Counted from the first letter of the stretch, positions 10,315 through 19,289 are shown. The stretch: DNA of 20,195 bases from Candidatus Dadabacteria bacterium (GCA_040289575.1 PSLL01000023.1:1-20195); one strand, 5' to 3'. Notes: generated by a model from the letters alone, not told the origin. Numbers and translations: made by a program.

Positions 10315-10316
10315 GC

Positions 10317-10595
10317 TCAAACTACGATCATATTTTCAAGCGTAACCTTTTTTCTTATTCCCACCCTCTCGATTCTATGCCGACACCTGGGGCAAATGTC
10401 ATAGTAAATCACACTGTCTTCATTCTTGTTGATTATTCGTTCTACCTTATCTCTTATAAGAAGAAAATTCTCATCGCTTAACTCGCACTCAAAAACACTG
10501 AATTGCACAGGGATTCCGTAGCCCTCAAGGATTTTAAAAAGTTTAGTTCTCTTTCTGTCGTCTGCTATATCGTAAACGAGGATTATATTTCTCAA
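10317..10595 (-). CDS. cas2: CRISPR-associated endonuclease Cas2 (intact, TTG start)
   Basis: VYDIADDRKRTKLFKILEGYG.PVQFSVFECEL...DSV..Y.IC..C. Confidence 0.95.
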   Translation of the reverse strand: MRNIILVYDIADDRKRTKLFKILEGYGIPVQFSVFECELSDENFLLIRDKVERIINKNEDSVIYYDICPRCRHRIERVGIRKKVTLENMIVV

Positions 10596-10600
10596 TCAAA

Positions 10601-12253
10601 TCACCTCACCACAAACGGCACGTATTCATCAATCTCGCCATTAATGACTTTGGCAAGGAACCTTGCCTGAATCTCAAAGATTCTTCTGTAAATCACCCTG
10701 TAATCGAATACTGGATGGACTATCTCAGTTTGAACCCTAAATGCATAAGCCTTAAAAAAGGCCTCTCTACCATTATCTTCTAAGTAAATCCCACTGAATT
10801 TCTCTTTAAAGTTTTCCTCTGAGAGCATCCCCTTATTAAGCATCGAAAGTACAAGGGAATCAACTATAACAGGACGAAACTCATCCATAAGATCGAGTGT
10901 GAGTGCAGGACGTCCATATTTTGTTGAATGAAAAAATCCGATATATGGGTCGAGTCCGACTGTAGATATAGCGGAGACCATGTCTCCTACAAGAATGCTG
11001 TAGCCGAAGCTAAGAAGTGCATTGACGGGATCACGGGGTGGACGCTTTGTCCTCTTTTCAAAATCAAATCCGAGAGATTTTGATTTTATGAGCCTTCCAA
11101 ACACCCTGAAATACTCCCTTGTTCCAATCCCTTCAAGACCAAGCAACTCATCTTTTTTTCTTGCCTCCGTTACTTTATTTAGAACATTGTTGATCCAACT
11201 ACATGCCTTCTCTACCTCGGCATCTTCAATTTCTCTATTCTGTCTAAGTAGAAGCGTGCGCATGTTTGAGAGCTTTAGGGCAAACGCTCCATCAAGATGA
11301 GATTTATACTGTGCCAATCTTAGAAGTGAGTTTTTGCTTTCCTACGGAACGAATTTTCCTTCGAACCTACCCCCAGGAGAATTGATATATTATCTCGACA
11401 TTCATTCTTAGTAGAAATTTTATAGCCTGTGTAGAGATATTCGCGTTTGCCAAAAGAACAACTTGTCTTAGATAGAATGCGGGCACTTCCGATATAATCT
11501 CCTTGCCTTTAGTAACAATAATCTTTCCTCATCTTTTCCCAACATAGGCTCTGTGCTCATCTACATAGAGGACTCTCCCTGTGTGAAGCTCGGGGATAAT
11601 TCGCTGGGGTCTGGGGTATCCCCGACTGGATCGGGGATCTAGAGGAGGGTTTTTTAGGAAATCACTTGTTGGAATTCTCTTATTCTTTAGAGAATTAACC
11701 TCAAACGGAAGGCATATAGAAAATAGGGGGCGCATCCGGGACATCTCTCATCCGCCACAGGTTCAGGGATTTCACCTCTGTAGAGTATCTCTCTGACCTT
11801 CTGTATTGTTTCAACCGATGTTCTCCTGAGCTCATCGCTAAACTCGACCCTTCTTCTTGTCTTTGAGGCTGAATAATATATGTATCCAAAGGGGATGCGC
11901 TTTCCCGTGCACTCTTCTAAAAGAAGTGCTTCAAGACAAACCTGAACATCGTCATGAAAGCTTTCCTTCAATTCCCCTCTCTTATATTCTATCGGGTAAA
12001 TCCCCTCACCCTCTTCTACGGCATCGAGCACACCGATTGTTCCCAACTTCTCGGATGATAGGCTTATCTCTCTAATCTGTGTTTTCTCTTGAGTTCTAAC
12101 CCTTTCCCTTTCATTCCTTTTTTCATCCTGAAGGGAGCCATCGAGGACAAATCTATTTATCTCTTCCGCACCCTCGCATGCACGGTAATAGAAGTTCCTA
12201 GGACAGAAGATGATTTCTGAAATCAGAGATACTGGAAGGAGTTCATCCCACAT
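10601..12253 (-). pseudogene. cas4/cas1: Cas4-Cas1 fusion, disrupted
   Basis: Cas4 part: FCPR, G.LD.VE, PIEYKRG, Q.C....LLEE, RCPGCA then LFSICLP after a frameshift in the C5 run at 11726-11730. The same frame runs through a linker into Cas1 LYVDE..AYVGK with no stop or restart. Further lesions: TGA 11529-11531, frameshift near 11382, TAG 11342-11344. Cas1 C-terminal part: LLGLEG, RPPRDPVNALLSFGY, GLDPYIGFFH, LDLMDEFRP. Confidence 0.9.
11618..11638. repeat. REP-like GC-rich palindrome inside the cas4-cas1 linker
   Basis: ATCCCCGA-CTGGA-TCGGGGAT with perfect 8-bp arms; translates as DPRSSRG on the coding strand. Confidence 0.6.
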
Positions 12254-12256
12254 TGT

Positions 12257-12877
12257 TCATTTCTCTACCCTATCCCTTTTTGCATTAGGTACCTTCAGGT
12301 ATCTGCCTTTCTCGAAATGATAAAGTTCAATATTAAAGTGTGCGAGCCCTACAAATGGTCCGATTTGAAACCCCAATACAACGGGTACGGAGAGTATAAG
12401 ATGTATTGTGGGACCTTTATGGACGGTGTTTATTGTTTGAATAAAATCCGAAATCCTTCTTGCTATAGATGGAAATTCATTGGGCACAATTTCACTTACG
12501 GATGAGACCAAATATTCGACAGGTCTTTCAAGTTGGATTCTTACATCGCTCTCTGTCTTCCTTGAGATCTCTACGGCAAGGGTTATTTCCTTATCCGATC
12601 GGACTTTTTTAAGATATTCCTCGATTGTCTGCGTGTCCTTGGTTTCTATGAATTCTTCGTATGCGCAAATGAGACTTTCCCCAAGATCTCCTTTAAGAAC
12701 AAGTGGTATATCCGCGGTTTCATCCATCCGGTAAAGCTCATCCTTTCCCCGATAACTACTTTCGGAGATGACATTTGTCATTTCTTTTGTCTGCTTCTTC
12801 GTGGCGATTGTAATTACCCTTCCTAGAATTAAAGTTGTGGTGCTTTCAATTAGAGAGCTAATCACGGCTTCAATCAT
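12257..12877 (-). CDS. Stand-alone SAVED-like (cyclic-oligonucleotide-binding) domain protein, intact
   Basis: 206 aa, no stops; C-terminus IHLILSVPVVLGFQIG...IELYHFEKGRY resembles the SAVED C-terminal motif (IHLF..xP...AF..G.....I.LY...Y); no recognisable effector domain. Confidence 0.7.
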   Translation of the reverse strand: MIEAVISSLIESTTTLILGRVITIATKKQTKEMTNVISESSYRGKDELYRMDETADIPLVLKGDLGESLICAYEEFIETKDTQTIEEYLKKVRSDKEITLAVEISRKTESDVRIQLERPVEYLVSSVSEIVPNEFPSIARRISDFIQTINTVHKGPTIHLILSVPVVLGFQIGPFVGLAHFNIELYHFEKGRYLKVPNAKRDRVEK

Positions 12878-12925
12878 GTCTTTAATACACAGTTTACCGA
12901 CTGTTTGATTTTATGTAAGGAAAAA

Positions 12926-12944
12926 CAATATTTCGGAAATATTG
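12926..12944. promoter_or_regulatory. Perfect palindrome (operator or AT-rich terminator) between the NE0113-like and SAVED-like genes
   Basis: CAATATTTC-G-GAAATATTG, followed on the minus strand by TTTTT. Confidence 0.45.
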
Positions 12945-13900
12945 CTACGGTAAGACTAAAGGCTTTATTTTTGACCCGTCAATCTGGATTCCGTATCTTG
13001 TGGCTCTGTATGTCCGCATAAGCCCGACAGGGATTATCTTATAGTAGATGGCAATCGCACGGTTGCCTAAGACACTTTCGATTTGTTTGTTTATCTTGCT
13101 AATATCCTGAAGGATGTTTTCTCTAGAGAACTTGTATCTATCTAGATTGGCTTCCGGGAGTATCTTTTTAATGTAACCCCTGATTTCTTCCAAATGTTTG
13201 TTTATAGAGTCTGCCCCTTTTAGCGGCTCAAAGCACGACTCCTCGGAAAGACTCCTTCGCCTCTCGGCATAATGGGCATAGAGCGCAATATGCTTTGGTT
13301 TAAGGTTTATCTCCTTTTCTCCAATCTTCATGTACCTTTTCTTTAGATTCATCTCAATATCCTCCACAGAATGCATCGCATCGATTTCTGTTTGGGCGAT
13401 CTTAACCATACTGCTAAATGAGGGTTTCTCAGAGCCAAATAGGTTTTTTATTTTATCCCTCAGTCTAACATAAGGAATCTTGGCAAGGTCAATGCTCGAT
13501 TTCTCTTTTGGTGATTTCTTCGGATAGAAAAACATCTTGTCTTTTTCTGATTTTTCATCCACAAGGACGTGTGAGAGCGTATCCTGAGGTCTGCCAAAGA
13601 GCATAAGGGTATAGGCGAGATAGACCGACATCGTTTTTCTCCCACCGGCGATTGAGCAGTGGAAAGCAGTATCTGAGTCCTTTGTCTTCTCTCTTATAAA
13701 CTCTGTAATCTGGTCTGCAACGGCCTCATTGTCTTCCGGAGTGCGAATATCCTGAAGGGGTTTTCCTGCTTCAGTCTGTAAGGAGAATGATTGAATCTTC
13801 GTTGAAGCGAATCGAGGAAGGAGTTATCTTATACTCCCTGCAAAAATCAAAGAAGCGCCCATTTTTCGGATCTAGGAGTTTTGCGAGAATTTCTCTTTTT
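12945..13900 (-). pseudogene. NE0113/TIGR02584-like CARF protein (Crn1/Csm6-type ring-nuclease family) with C-terminal extension, disrupted
   Basis: Reconstructed: KREILAKLLDPKNGRFFDFCREY...(frameshift ~13770-13780)...GKPLQDIRTPEDNEAVADQI...FHCSIAGGRKTMSVYLAY...RPQDTLSHVLV...FFYP...LAKIPYVRLR. The family N-terminus (G.SPQ..TET..AL) is absent, and the sequence abuts the upstream gene's stop. Confidence 0.85.
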
Positions 13901-14916
13901 ATTCCCATCTGAGTTTTGGAAAAATGTCATCCCCGAATGTAGTAATCAGGGACTCGACCCGTTCTGCCCTGGTGCAGCCCAGAAAATCTTTTACGATAGA
14001 TGAGAGTTTTTTAAATGTTTCTTCTGAGACTGGATTTAATCCGTGTGCGAGAATAGAGCTGTTTCTTGCAAAGAGGGTTCTATCCATTTCTTCCCTGCGC
14101 TTGAAGAAAAGTTTGCCAAACTCATTGTCAGCTTCTTTTAGCACAGCGAAAATACCATAGAGAGGGATTTTTATCTTGCCGTTATGGGCTGTGTGTTTTT
14201 TCCCCATCTCATCTCTCAGAGATTCGGGGAGTTTCTTGATTTTTGCATCAGAAGTTGAGCATCCAAACTGTTTTTCAAACTCAATCTGTCCTCTCATCTC
14301 AAGCGTGCGGTAGAGTCTTGCAACCGCATCATCGTACTTTCCCTCTTCAGAGCGTCTCTGGGCGTTGCGAAATAAGTCGAGGAGGGTAGCCTCTTTATTG
14401 CCCTTAATTGTTTTGAGGAATTCCAGATTTCTTTTAGCCGATTCGGCAAAGTCTTTTAGAATCGGGTCTGTTTTGAAATTAAGGTATTCCGAGAGTTTTT
14501 TCACTTCCTGATCTAAAGTCTTTAGTGCTTCATTATGATTAAAGCTGTCCCATAGCCTGTATCCTTCGATGAGATTAGAGAGGCACTCAAACAAAGCCTT
14601 ATCAATTCCGGTCAGATTTTTGGCTAATTTGTCCGCTACGTCTTTAGCAGCGGAGAACTGATAGCTGTTAAAAAAGAGAGCTATCTTTTTTCTGTCTTCA
14701 ACAAGAAGCACCTGCCAGGGACTTAATCCCGTTTTTACCTCTTCAAATCCACTAACTACAACTCCCAGTCCACTTTTCGTTCTTTCTTTTCCGCCTACAT
14801 ACGAGAATGTGTAGCCCTTCGTAGAGGAAATATAAATAATCTGGCCTATGGGTTTCGATTGACTTTACAATAGAGTCTGGCGTTCCGCCAAGGGAAACTA
14901 TAAGGGTTTTTGGCAT
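13899..14916 (-). pseudogene. TIGR02710-like CARF-HEPN CRISPR ancillary protein with out-of-frame internal deletion
   Basis: ATG 14916: MPKTLIVSLGGTPDSIVKSIETHRPDYLYFL, then a jump near 14825 into another frame, TKGYTFSYVGGKERTKSGLGVV. The CARF core (TGGTK segment) is missing. C-terminal part has NAQRR...GKYDDAVARLYRTLE and HEPN-type RNSSILAHG. Confidence 0.87.
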
Positions 14917-14961
14917 CGCTAAATTTTACCTTAACTATTCACTCATGCACATCATGGTTGG

Positions 14962-14981
14962 CGGGACATAAGGTTTTCTAC
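14962..14981 (-). repeat. Possible degenerate 5' half of the CRISPR repeat
   Basis: GTAGAAA-ACCTTATGTCCCG versus repeat GTAGAAAGACTCTAACTCCCG, 16 of 21 columns identical by hand alignment; same strand, 7 nt after the vapC stop. Confidence 0.35.
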
Positions 14982-14988
14982 TCGCATT

Positions 14989-15387
14989 CTATCTAATCCA
15001 TATCAAACTCAATTCATCTACCGTTCTGAATTCTTCATCACCTGTCAAAACTCCTGCTTTAAGCTCCATAGCTAAAGCTATACAGAAGGCATCAGCATAT
15101 GAGATAGGATATTTACCCTTTATTTTGGAAGCCTCCCTTATTCTCTTTGTTGTGGGTTCTACAAAAACAATAGGGCAATCTCTTCTTCCTTCCCAAAACT
15201 CTTCAGCATCTACCGTTTTTCCCCTCTTTATCAGTGTGTAGTAAACCTCTCCCCAATTTATCAGGTTCATATAGGCTTTTACTTTTCCCTTGGTACTTCT
15301 TTCAAGAAAGTCATTTACGATTTCGTACCCTTTATCCTTCCCAAGTAAGGTAAGCATAGCAAATGCATCAAGAACTACCTTTTCCAT
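14989..15387 (-). CDS. vapC: Type II TA toxin, VapC/PIN domain (intact)
   Basis: VVLDAFA, INWGEVYY, ISYADAFCIALA, VLTGDEEF; the acidic PIN residues are present; overlaps the upstream antitoxin by 13 nt. Confidence 0.93.
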   Translation of the reverse strand: MEKVVLDAFAMLTLLGKDKGYEIVNDFLERSTKGKVKAYMNLINWGEVYYTLIKRGKTVDAEEFWEGRRDCPIVFVEPTTKRIREASKIKGKYPISYADAFCIALAMELKAGVLTGDEEFRTVDELSLIWIR

Positions 15388-15635
15388 TTGCTTTCTTTTT
15401 CCTTTTCTTTTTTCTTCTCTTTCAAATATTCGCGGATTAATTCTTCTCCCTCAAAGATACCTATCCACTCTCTCCAGTCTTTTCTCCTCTTTCTCATAGG
15501 TCTTAAGACTATAGAATTGTTGTCTCCTGTGGTTTCCACCTCCAATATCGTACCTTTCTCAAGTCCAAGTTTTTCCCTTATCTGCTTTGGTATTACTACT
15601 TGTCCTCTTTCTCCAACTACAGATTTCATATTCAT
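15375..15635 (-). CDS. AbrB/MazE/SpoVT-family antitoxin (VapB-like, intact)
   Basis: AGGAGG RBS; VGERGQVVIPKQIREKLGLEKGTILEV. Confidence 0.92.
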   Translation of the reverse strand: MNMKSVVGERGQVVIPKQIREKLGLEKGTILEVETTGDNNSIVLRPMRKRRKDWREWIGIFEGEELIREYLKEKKKEKEKESKWKR

Positions 15636-15678
15636 ACCTCCTAAGTATGAATATATCTCTTAAAATCAAAAAAATCAA
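15628..15678 (-). promoter_or_regulatory. Putative abrB-vapC promoter and palindromic operator
   Basis: TTGATT (15678-15673), 17 nt, TATATT (15655-15650); perfect 10-bp inverted repeat ATATTCATAC-N7-GTATGAATAT (15628-15654) spanning the -10, RBS and start codon. Confidence 0.65.
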
Positions 15679-15679
15679 G

Positions 15680-15715
15680 GTTTCAATTTCCTTTCGGGAG
15701 TTAGAGTCTTTCTAC
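15680..15715 (-). CRISPR. Solitary 36-bp CRISPR repeat (no spacer array)
   Basis: GTAGAAAGACTCTAACTCCCGAAAGGAAATTGAAAC: GT start, small CC-CGAAA-GG stem, canonical ATTGAAAC 8-nt 3' tag; same orientation as the cas genes; intergenic. Confidence 0.8.
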
Positions 15716-15862
15716 AGTACTCTCAAAAATCTGAACAATTCTAATAAATTTATAACCTGGTTTTCAAGCAACCCAACTTGTCCACAACTTGTAAACATGA
15801 CAATTTTTAACCATATCCTCTAACCTATCAAATCATTAACTTTTCTTTTATCGAGCAACCCC
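15716..15862 (-). promoter_or_regulatory. CRISPR leader remnant upstream of the solitary repeat
   Basis: AT-rich and abuts the repeat; motif GGGTTGCTYGA occurs twice (15851-15861, 15764-15774); exact IHF consensus WATCAANNNNTTR (TATCAAATCATTA, 15826-15838, + strand); ACAAGTTG twice; possible TTGAAA-18-TAGAAT (15767-15738). Confidence 0.6.
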
Positions 15863-16731
15863 TGCCTTTTCTGCATTTCCTCGCTAAATTTTGATTCCTC
15901 CTTTTTAGGAGATAGGTCTTCAAGGAAGCTTCTTTTCTCCCTTCTAAACCTGTGGAGGAATGTCTCATGGAAAAGTTGACCGATTGCGGTTAGAGCAACC
16001 GTCTTTTTGCCTTTTATTGTTTCTACTTCGACCAGCGTGTTTAGTCTCTTGTCATTCGCTAGATCCTTTACCTCATCGTAAGGAACAAGGTCATCAGTTG
16101 AAAGCCTTTTAAAGTCTTCATAGTTCGAGAGCCAGAGGTCAAAATTGAAACTAACAGGCTGTGGCGAGAGTTCTATAATCTCTTCAAATCTTTCAAACAT
16201 ATACATGACCAGGATTTCAAGGGCCTGTCCTATAAGACCTGCAAAAGAGATTTGAGCTTTATAACCACCCGTGGCATTTAACGATACGCTCTGCTCCTTT
16301 TTCTCTTACAATTTTTGTTTTGCTATCTCTTTAACTAAATTCTTAAGCCCCTCAGTCTGGAATTTTTTGACATCGTAGTCTTTGAATCCTTCTACGGCCT
16401 TGGCAATAACCCTTTCAAATCTGTAGGGGTTTTTTGAGTATTGATAGTAGTGCTTAAGAATCTCCCCGATCTCCCATCCCTCATCCGTATGGGAGACGAG
16501 GAATTAGAGTTCTTCTCGGTCTTCAAGCTTTCCCTTTCTTATGAGGCTTGTAATCGAGTTTATCTCCGCCCCGCAAACTCTGTCTGAGGGGTCACGCCTT
16601 AAGAGTTCCTTGACGAGTCCCGTTACATTTCCCTTTCTCTCGCAAACCTTTATCGGGTCGCCTTCATCCAGGCGTTCAATGTTGCTAAAGAGGCTTGTCC
16701 CTACAGTACAGATTAAAGTGTCACGACTCAT
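15820..16731 (-). pseudogene. APE2256/TIGR02619-like CARF CRISPR ancillary protein, disrupted
   Basis: ICTVGTSL, CGAEINSI, (TAA 16504-16506) FLVSHTDEG, GLKNLV, NATGGYKAQISFAGLIGQAL, YMFERFEEIIEL. An apparent 5-bp duplication CAAAA (~16312-16322) creates a second TAA, and a probable 2-bp loss near 16280 restores the frame. The last ~15 codons run into leader-like DNA. Confidence 0.88.
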
Positions 16732-17448
16732 TTTATCCTTACCACCTGTCCCATGCCCATTGTTGTCTTGTAGCCCACACCTGCAAAGAATGCAAAGTCG
16801 GCGAGGGTGCTTATCTGCTTCTTTTCTTCTTTTGTAAATTTTTTCCCCATTCTATATTCGACTGTTCCTTTAAAACCTATCTTAAATCTTATCCCCGAAA
16901 AGGAGTTCCATTTATCAAGGAGAGAGCCGAAAATAAGAAGGGTTTCTGGGATGGTGCATTGCTTTCCTTTGCTCCTGAAAGAAGTAGGAGAAATAAACCT
17001 AAGCTTAATCCTATCAGCGGATTTTGCCTCTTCAAAGAGTTTTGGATAAAGAGATGACCTTACCCAGGGGCTTGAGTTTTCCTGATAATTTATGTTCCTT
17101 ATGATTATTCTTTCATTTGCAAGAGAGAGCTTTGTTTTGAGATTGAGCGCTTTCCCGAATGCGGCAAGAATATCTGGGATTAGCTTCTCATCCAGGATGG
17201 ATACCCTAAAGGAGGTATTTTCGCCGGAATCCAGAAGTGACTTTCCCTGGGTTTTTGTTTTTCTCTCAAGAATCCCGGAAAAGGAGAACGGTTTATGCTT
17301 TCTATTTCCGTTGTAAATAAAATCGGCTACTTTATCGGAATAGTCTCTCAGAACCTCAAAAAAACAAGCCGTGTATGGCTTCCCCGCCATAACCATTTAG
17401 GGTTATTGGCTCCAGGGTTTCAATCTCGATAACAAAGCTTGAGAGCAT
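16728..17448 (-). pseudogene. cas6: Cas6 crRNA-processing endoribonuclease, frameshifted
   Basis: ATG 17448: MLSSFVIEIETLEPITLNGYGGEAIHGLFF, an extra base in the T7 run (17358-17364), then HKPFSFS, FISPTSFR, WNSFS, GFKGTVEY and G-loop FAGVGYKTTMGMG. The segment between WNSFS and GFKG looks ~30 aa shorter than usual. Confidence 0.9.
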
Positions 17449-18608
17449 TCATTCAGCCTCGATTTTAATCCAGCCAAGGGTGAGTTCTTCCTTTGTTGCC
17501 GGATTGATTATAACCTTTCTTGTTTTAGGGAAGTTGTTTGTATAAATTCTTTTTCCTGTAGATTTAAGAAGCTCAACATAGTCTCTGTAAGTTTCTTCCC
17601 TAAGCTTTTTTACAAGTTCGGCAAGTGTAATACTCATGAATCCCTGATGTTTTCCAATTCTTATTACAGGTGAACTCTCGTTATTAGCTCTTTTTATCTC
17701 TTCTAATTGGTTTATTGCGCTGTCTACTTTTAACCTTCGGTAGAAATTGAGTTCCTCTTCTATAACCTTTTCAGACATTTTATAACAAGCTTTAAAGATC
17801 GGCTCAAGATTATTAAAGAAAGATTTTCTTTGATCACCTGCTTGAAAACGATTTACAAACTCTTCAAACTATTTTCCCTTAATAATCCCTATTTCTCCTT
17901 GAAATTCAGTGTTATTTGGAACAATCTCATGAAAATCACCTATTGGTCGAGAAGTATTTTTAGTTTGTATATTCATTACAAGTCTTTCTACCTTTTTAGG
18001 ATAAGCGTCGGATACAAATATGAACTTCATAAAGTCAAATTTAGCATCATTTTTTGAGGAAGGCGGAAGGCTCTTGCGGATATTTCTTCCTCAAGTTTTT
18101 TCAATTCTTTTCTGACTTCTTTCTTATCTATATTCCTGGAGAGTTTATTCTTAATATCTTTTATCTTGCTAGAAATGAAACTTCCGGAAGAACCATCAAG
18201 GATTAACTTCCTAAGAATAGCGGTTCTTAATGCTCCCTTAATTTCGGTTCCAGGTATATTTATATTAAGGTTGGTTTCGTGATTTAATAAATGTCCAGAA
18301 TTTACTAGGTTCATCACTTCCCCGGAAGCTAAGCGAAGAGGATGCCTTGTCAGAAGCAACTTTCAATATTTGTTCTGTATTACTATAGGTTCTAAAAAAT
18401 CCGAGGAGGCTGGGTGATTCATTGTTGATAGCGCGTAGTTAATAAAATCCTCGAATTGTCTGGTCAAAAAGCGTTGTAAATCTTCGGACTTGTATAAGTA
18501 AATTTTCCCATTGTATAGAAAATACTCCAGATTGCTTAAAATATTTCCATCTCCTATGTGTAGGGGAGAAAGAGTTTTGTATCTAACCTTTCTAAAAACC
18601 TTTTCCAA
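17449..18608 (-). pseudogene. csm5: Type III-A RAMP Csm5, disrupted
   Basis: TLSPLHIGDG, IPGTEIKGALRTAI, DFMKFIFVSDA, IRIGKHQGF, FPKTR, LGWIKI. Lesions: TGA 18363-18365, frameshift in the A6 run at 18050-18055, TAG 17869-17871. Confidence 0.9.
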
Positions 18609-18620
18609 GCTTAACCTCCG

Positions 18621-19289
18621 TTACAGATCGAAAAAAGCGGGGAAAGCAAGACCGTTTTGATATATGGATTTCCCTCCTATATTGCAGACCTCGATAACCC
18701 TGCCATAGAATTCCTTTTTCTCCTTTGCTTCGAACAAAGAGCCTTCTTTCATATAGAAAACCCTATCCTTTATAAATCTCTCTCCTTGAAAGTCATAGGA
18801 GTTATCCACTCTAGAAATGTAAGGTTCTATCCCATAAGACGTTCTATCAGAGTCGATATTAAGCTCATTTGGATCAGGAATATATTTTGAGAGTGTAACA
18901 AAATTTCTACTTTTTCTTTCAAATCGTAAATCAATTTCTTCTGTCGAAACCCTAAAATGATTGAGACCTATTGTTCTATCTCCTCCTATTCCGTGATCAG
19001 AAAGAAATTTGTCTTTATCAAGAAGTGGTTTAAAAAATTCAAAGTTATCTGTCTTTAGAAGGAAAAACAGTGAGAATCCCCCACCTATTATCTTTGTTTC
19101 ACTGTGAAACATCTCTCCTTGTCCGGTAGTTGAACCGGTTAAGCGATCAATCCTAGTTCTTATTCGAATGTCGTCTTGAATGAATCTGTCCTCTAATTCT
19201 TTTTCTTCTCCACTTTTTAGAAGAAATCCGCTTTTTTCTATAATTTGTCCTTTCACAAAATCTTCAAAAAGCGATTTCTCAGTTGCCTT
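18621..19289 (-). pseudogene. csm4: Type III-A RAMP Csm4, 5'-truncated at the IS end
   Basis: Frame is open from the IS boundary (KATEKSLFEDFVKGQ...); R.RIDR.T, GIGGDRTIG, FVTLS.Y.P, MKEGSLF, GRVIEV, YQNGLAFP; N-terminal third absent. Confidence 0.88.

Noticed and set aside
15644..15679. Sequence after the solitary repeat as a self-targeting regulatory spacer
   Set aside because: Only short low-complexity TTTGATTTTA matches were found in the window (near 11078 and 12904); the region is adequately explained as the TA promoter. A genome-wide search is still needed.
17417..17424. ATTGAAAC (repeat tag) on the minus strand
   Set aside because: Lies within cas6 codons (I-E-T) with no other repeat similarity.
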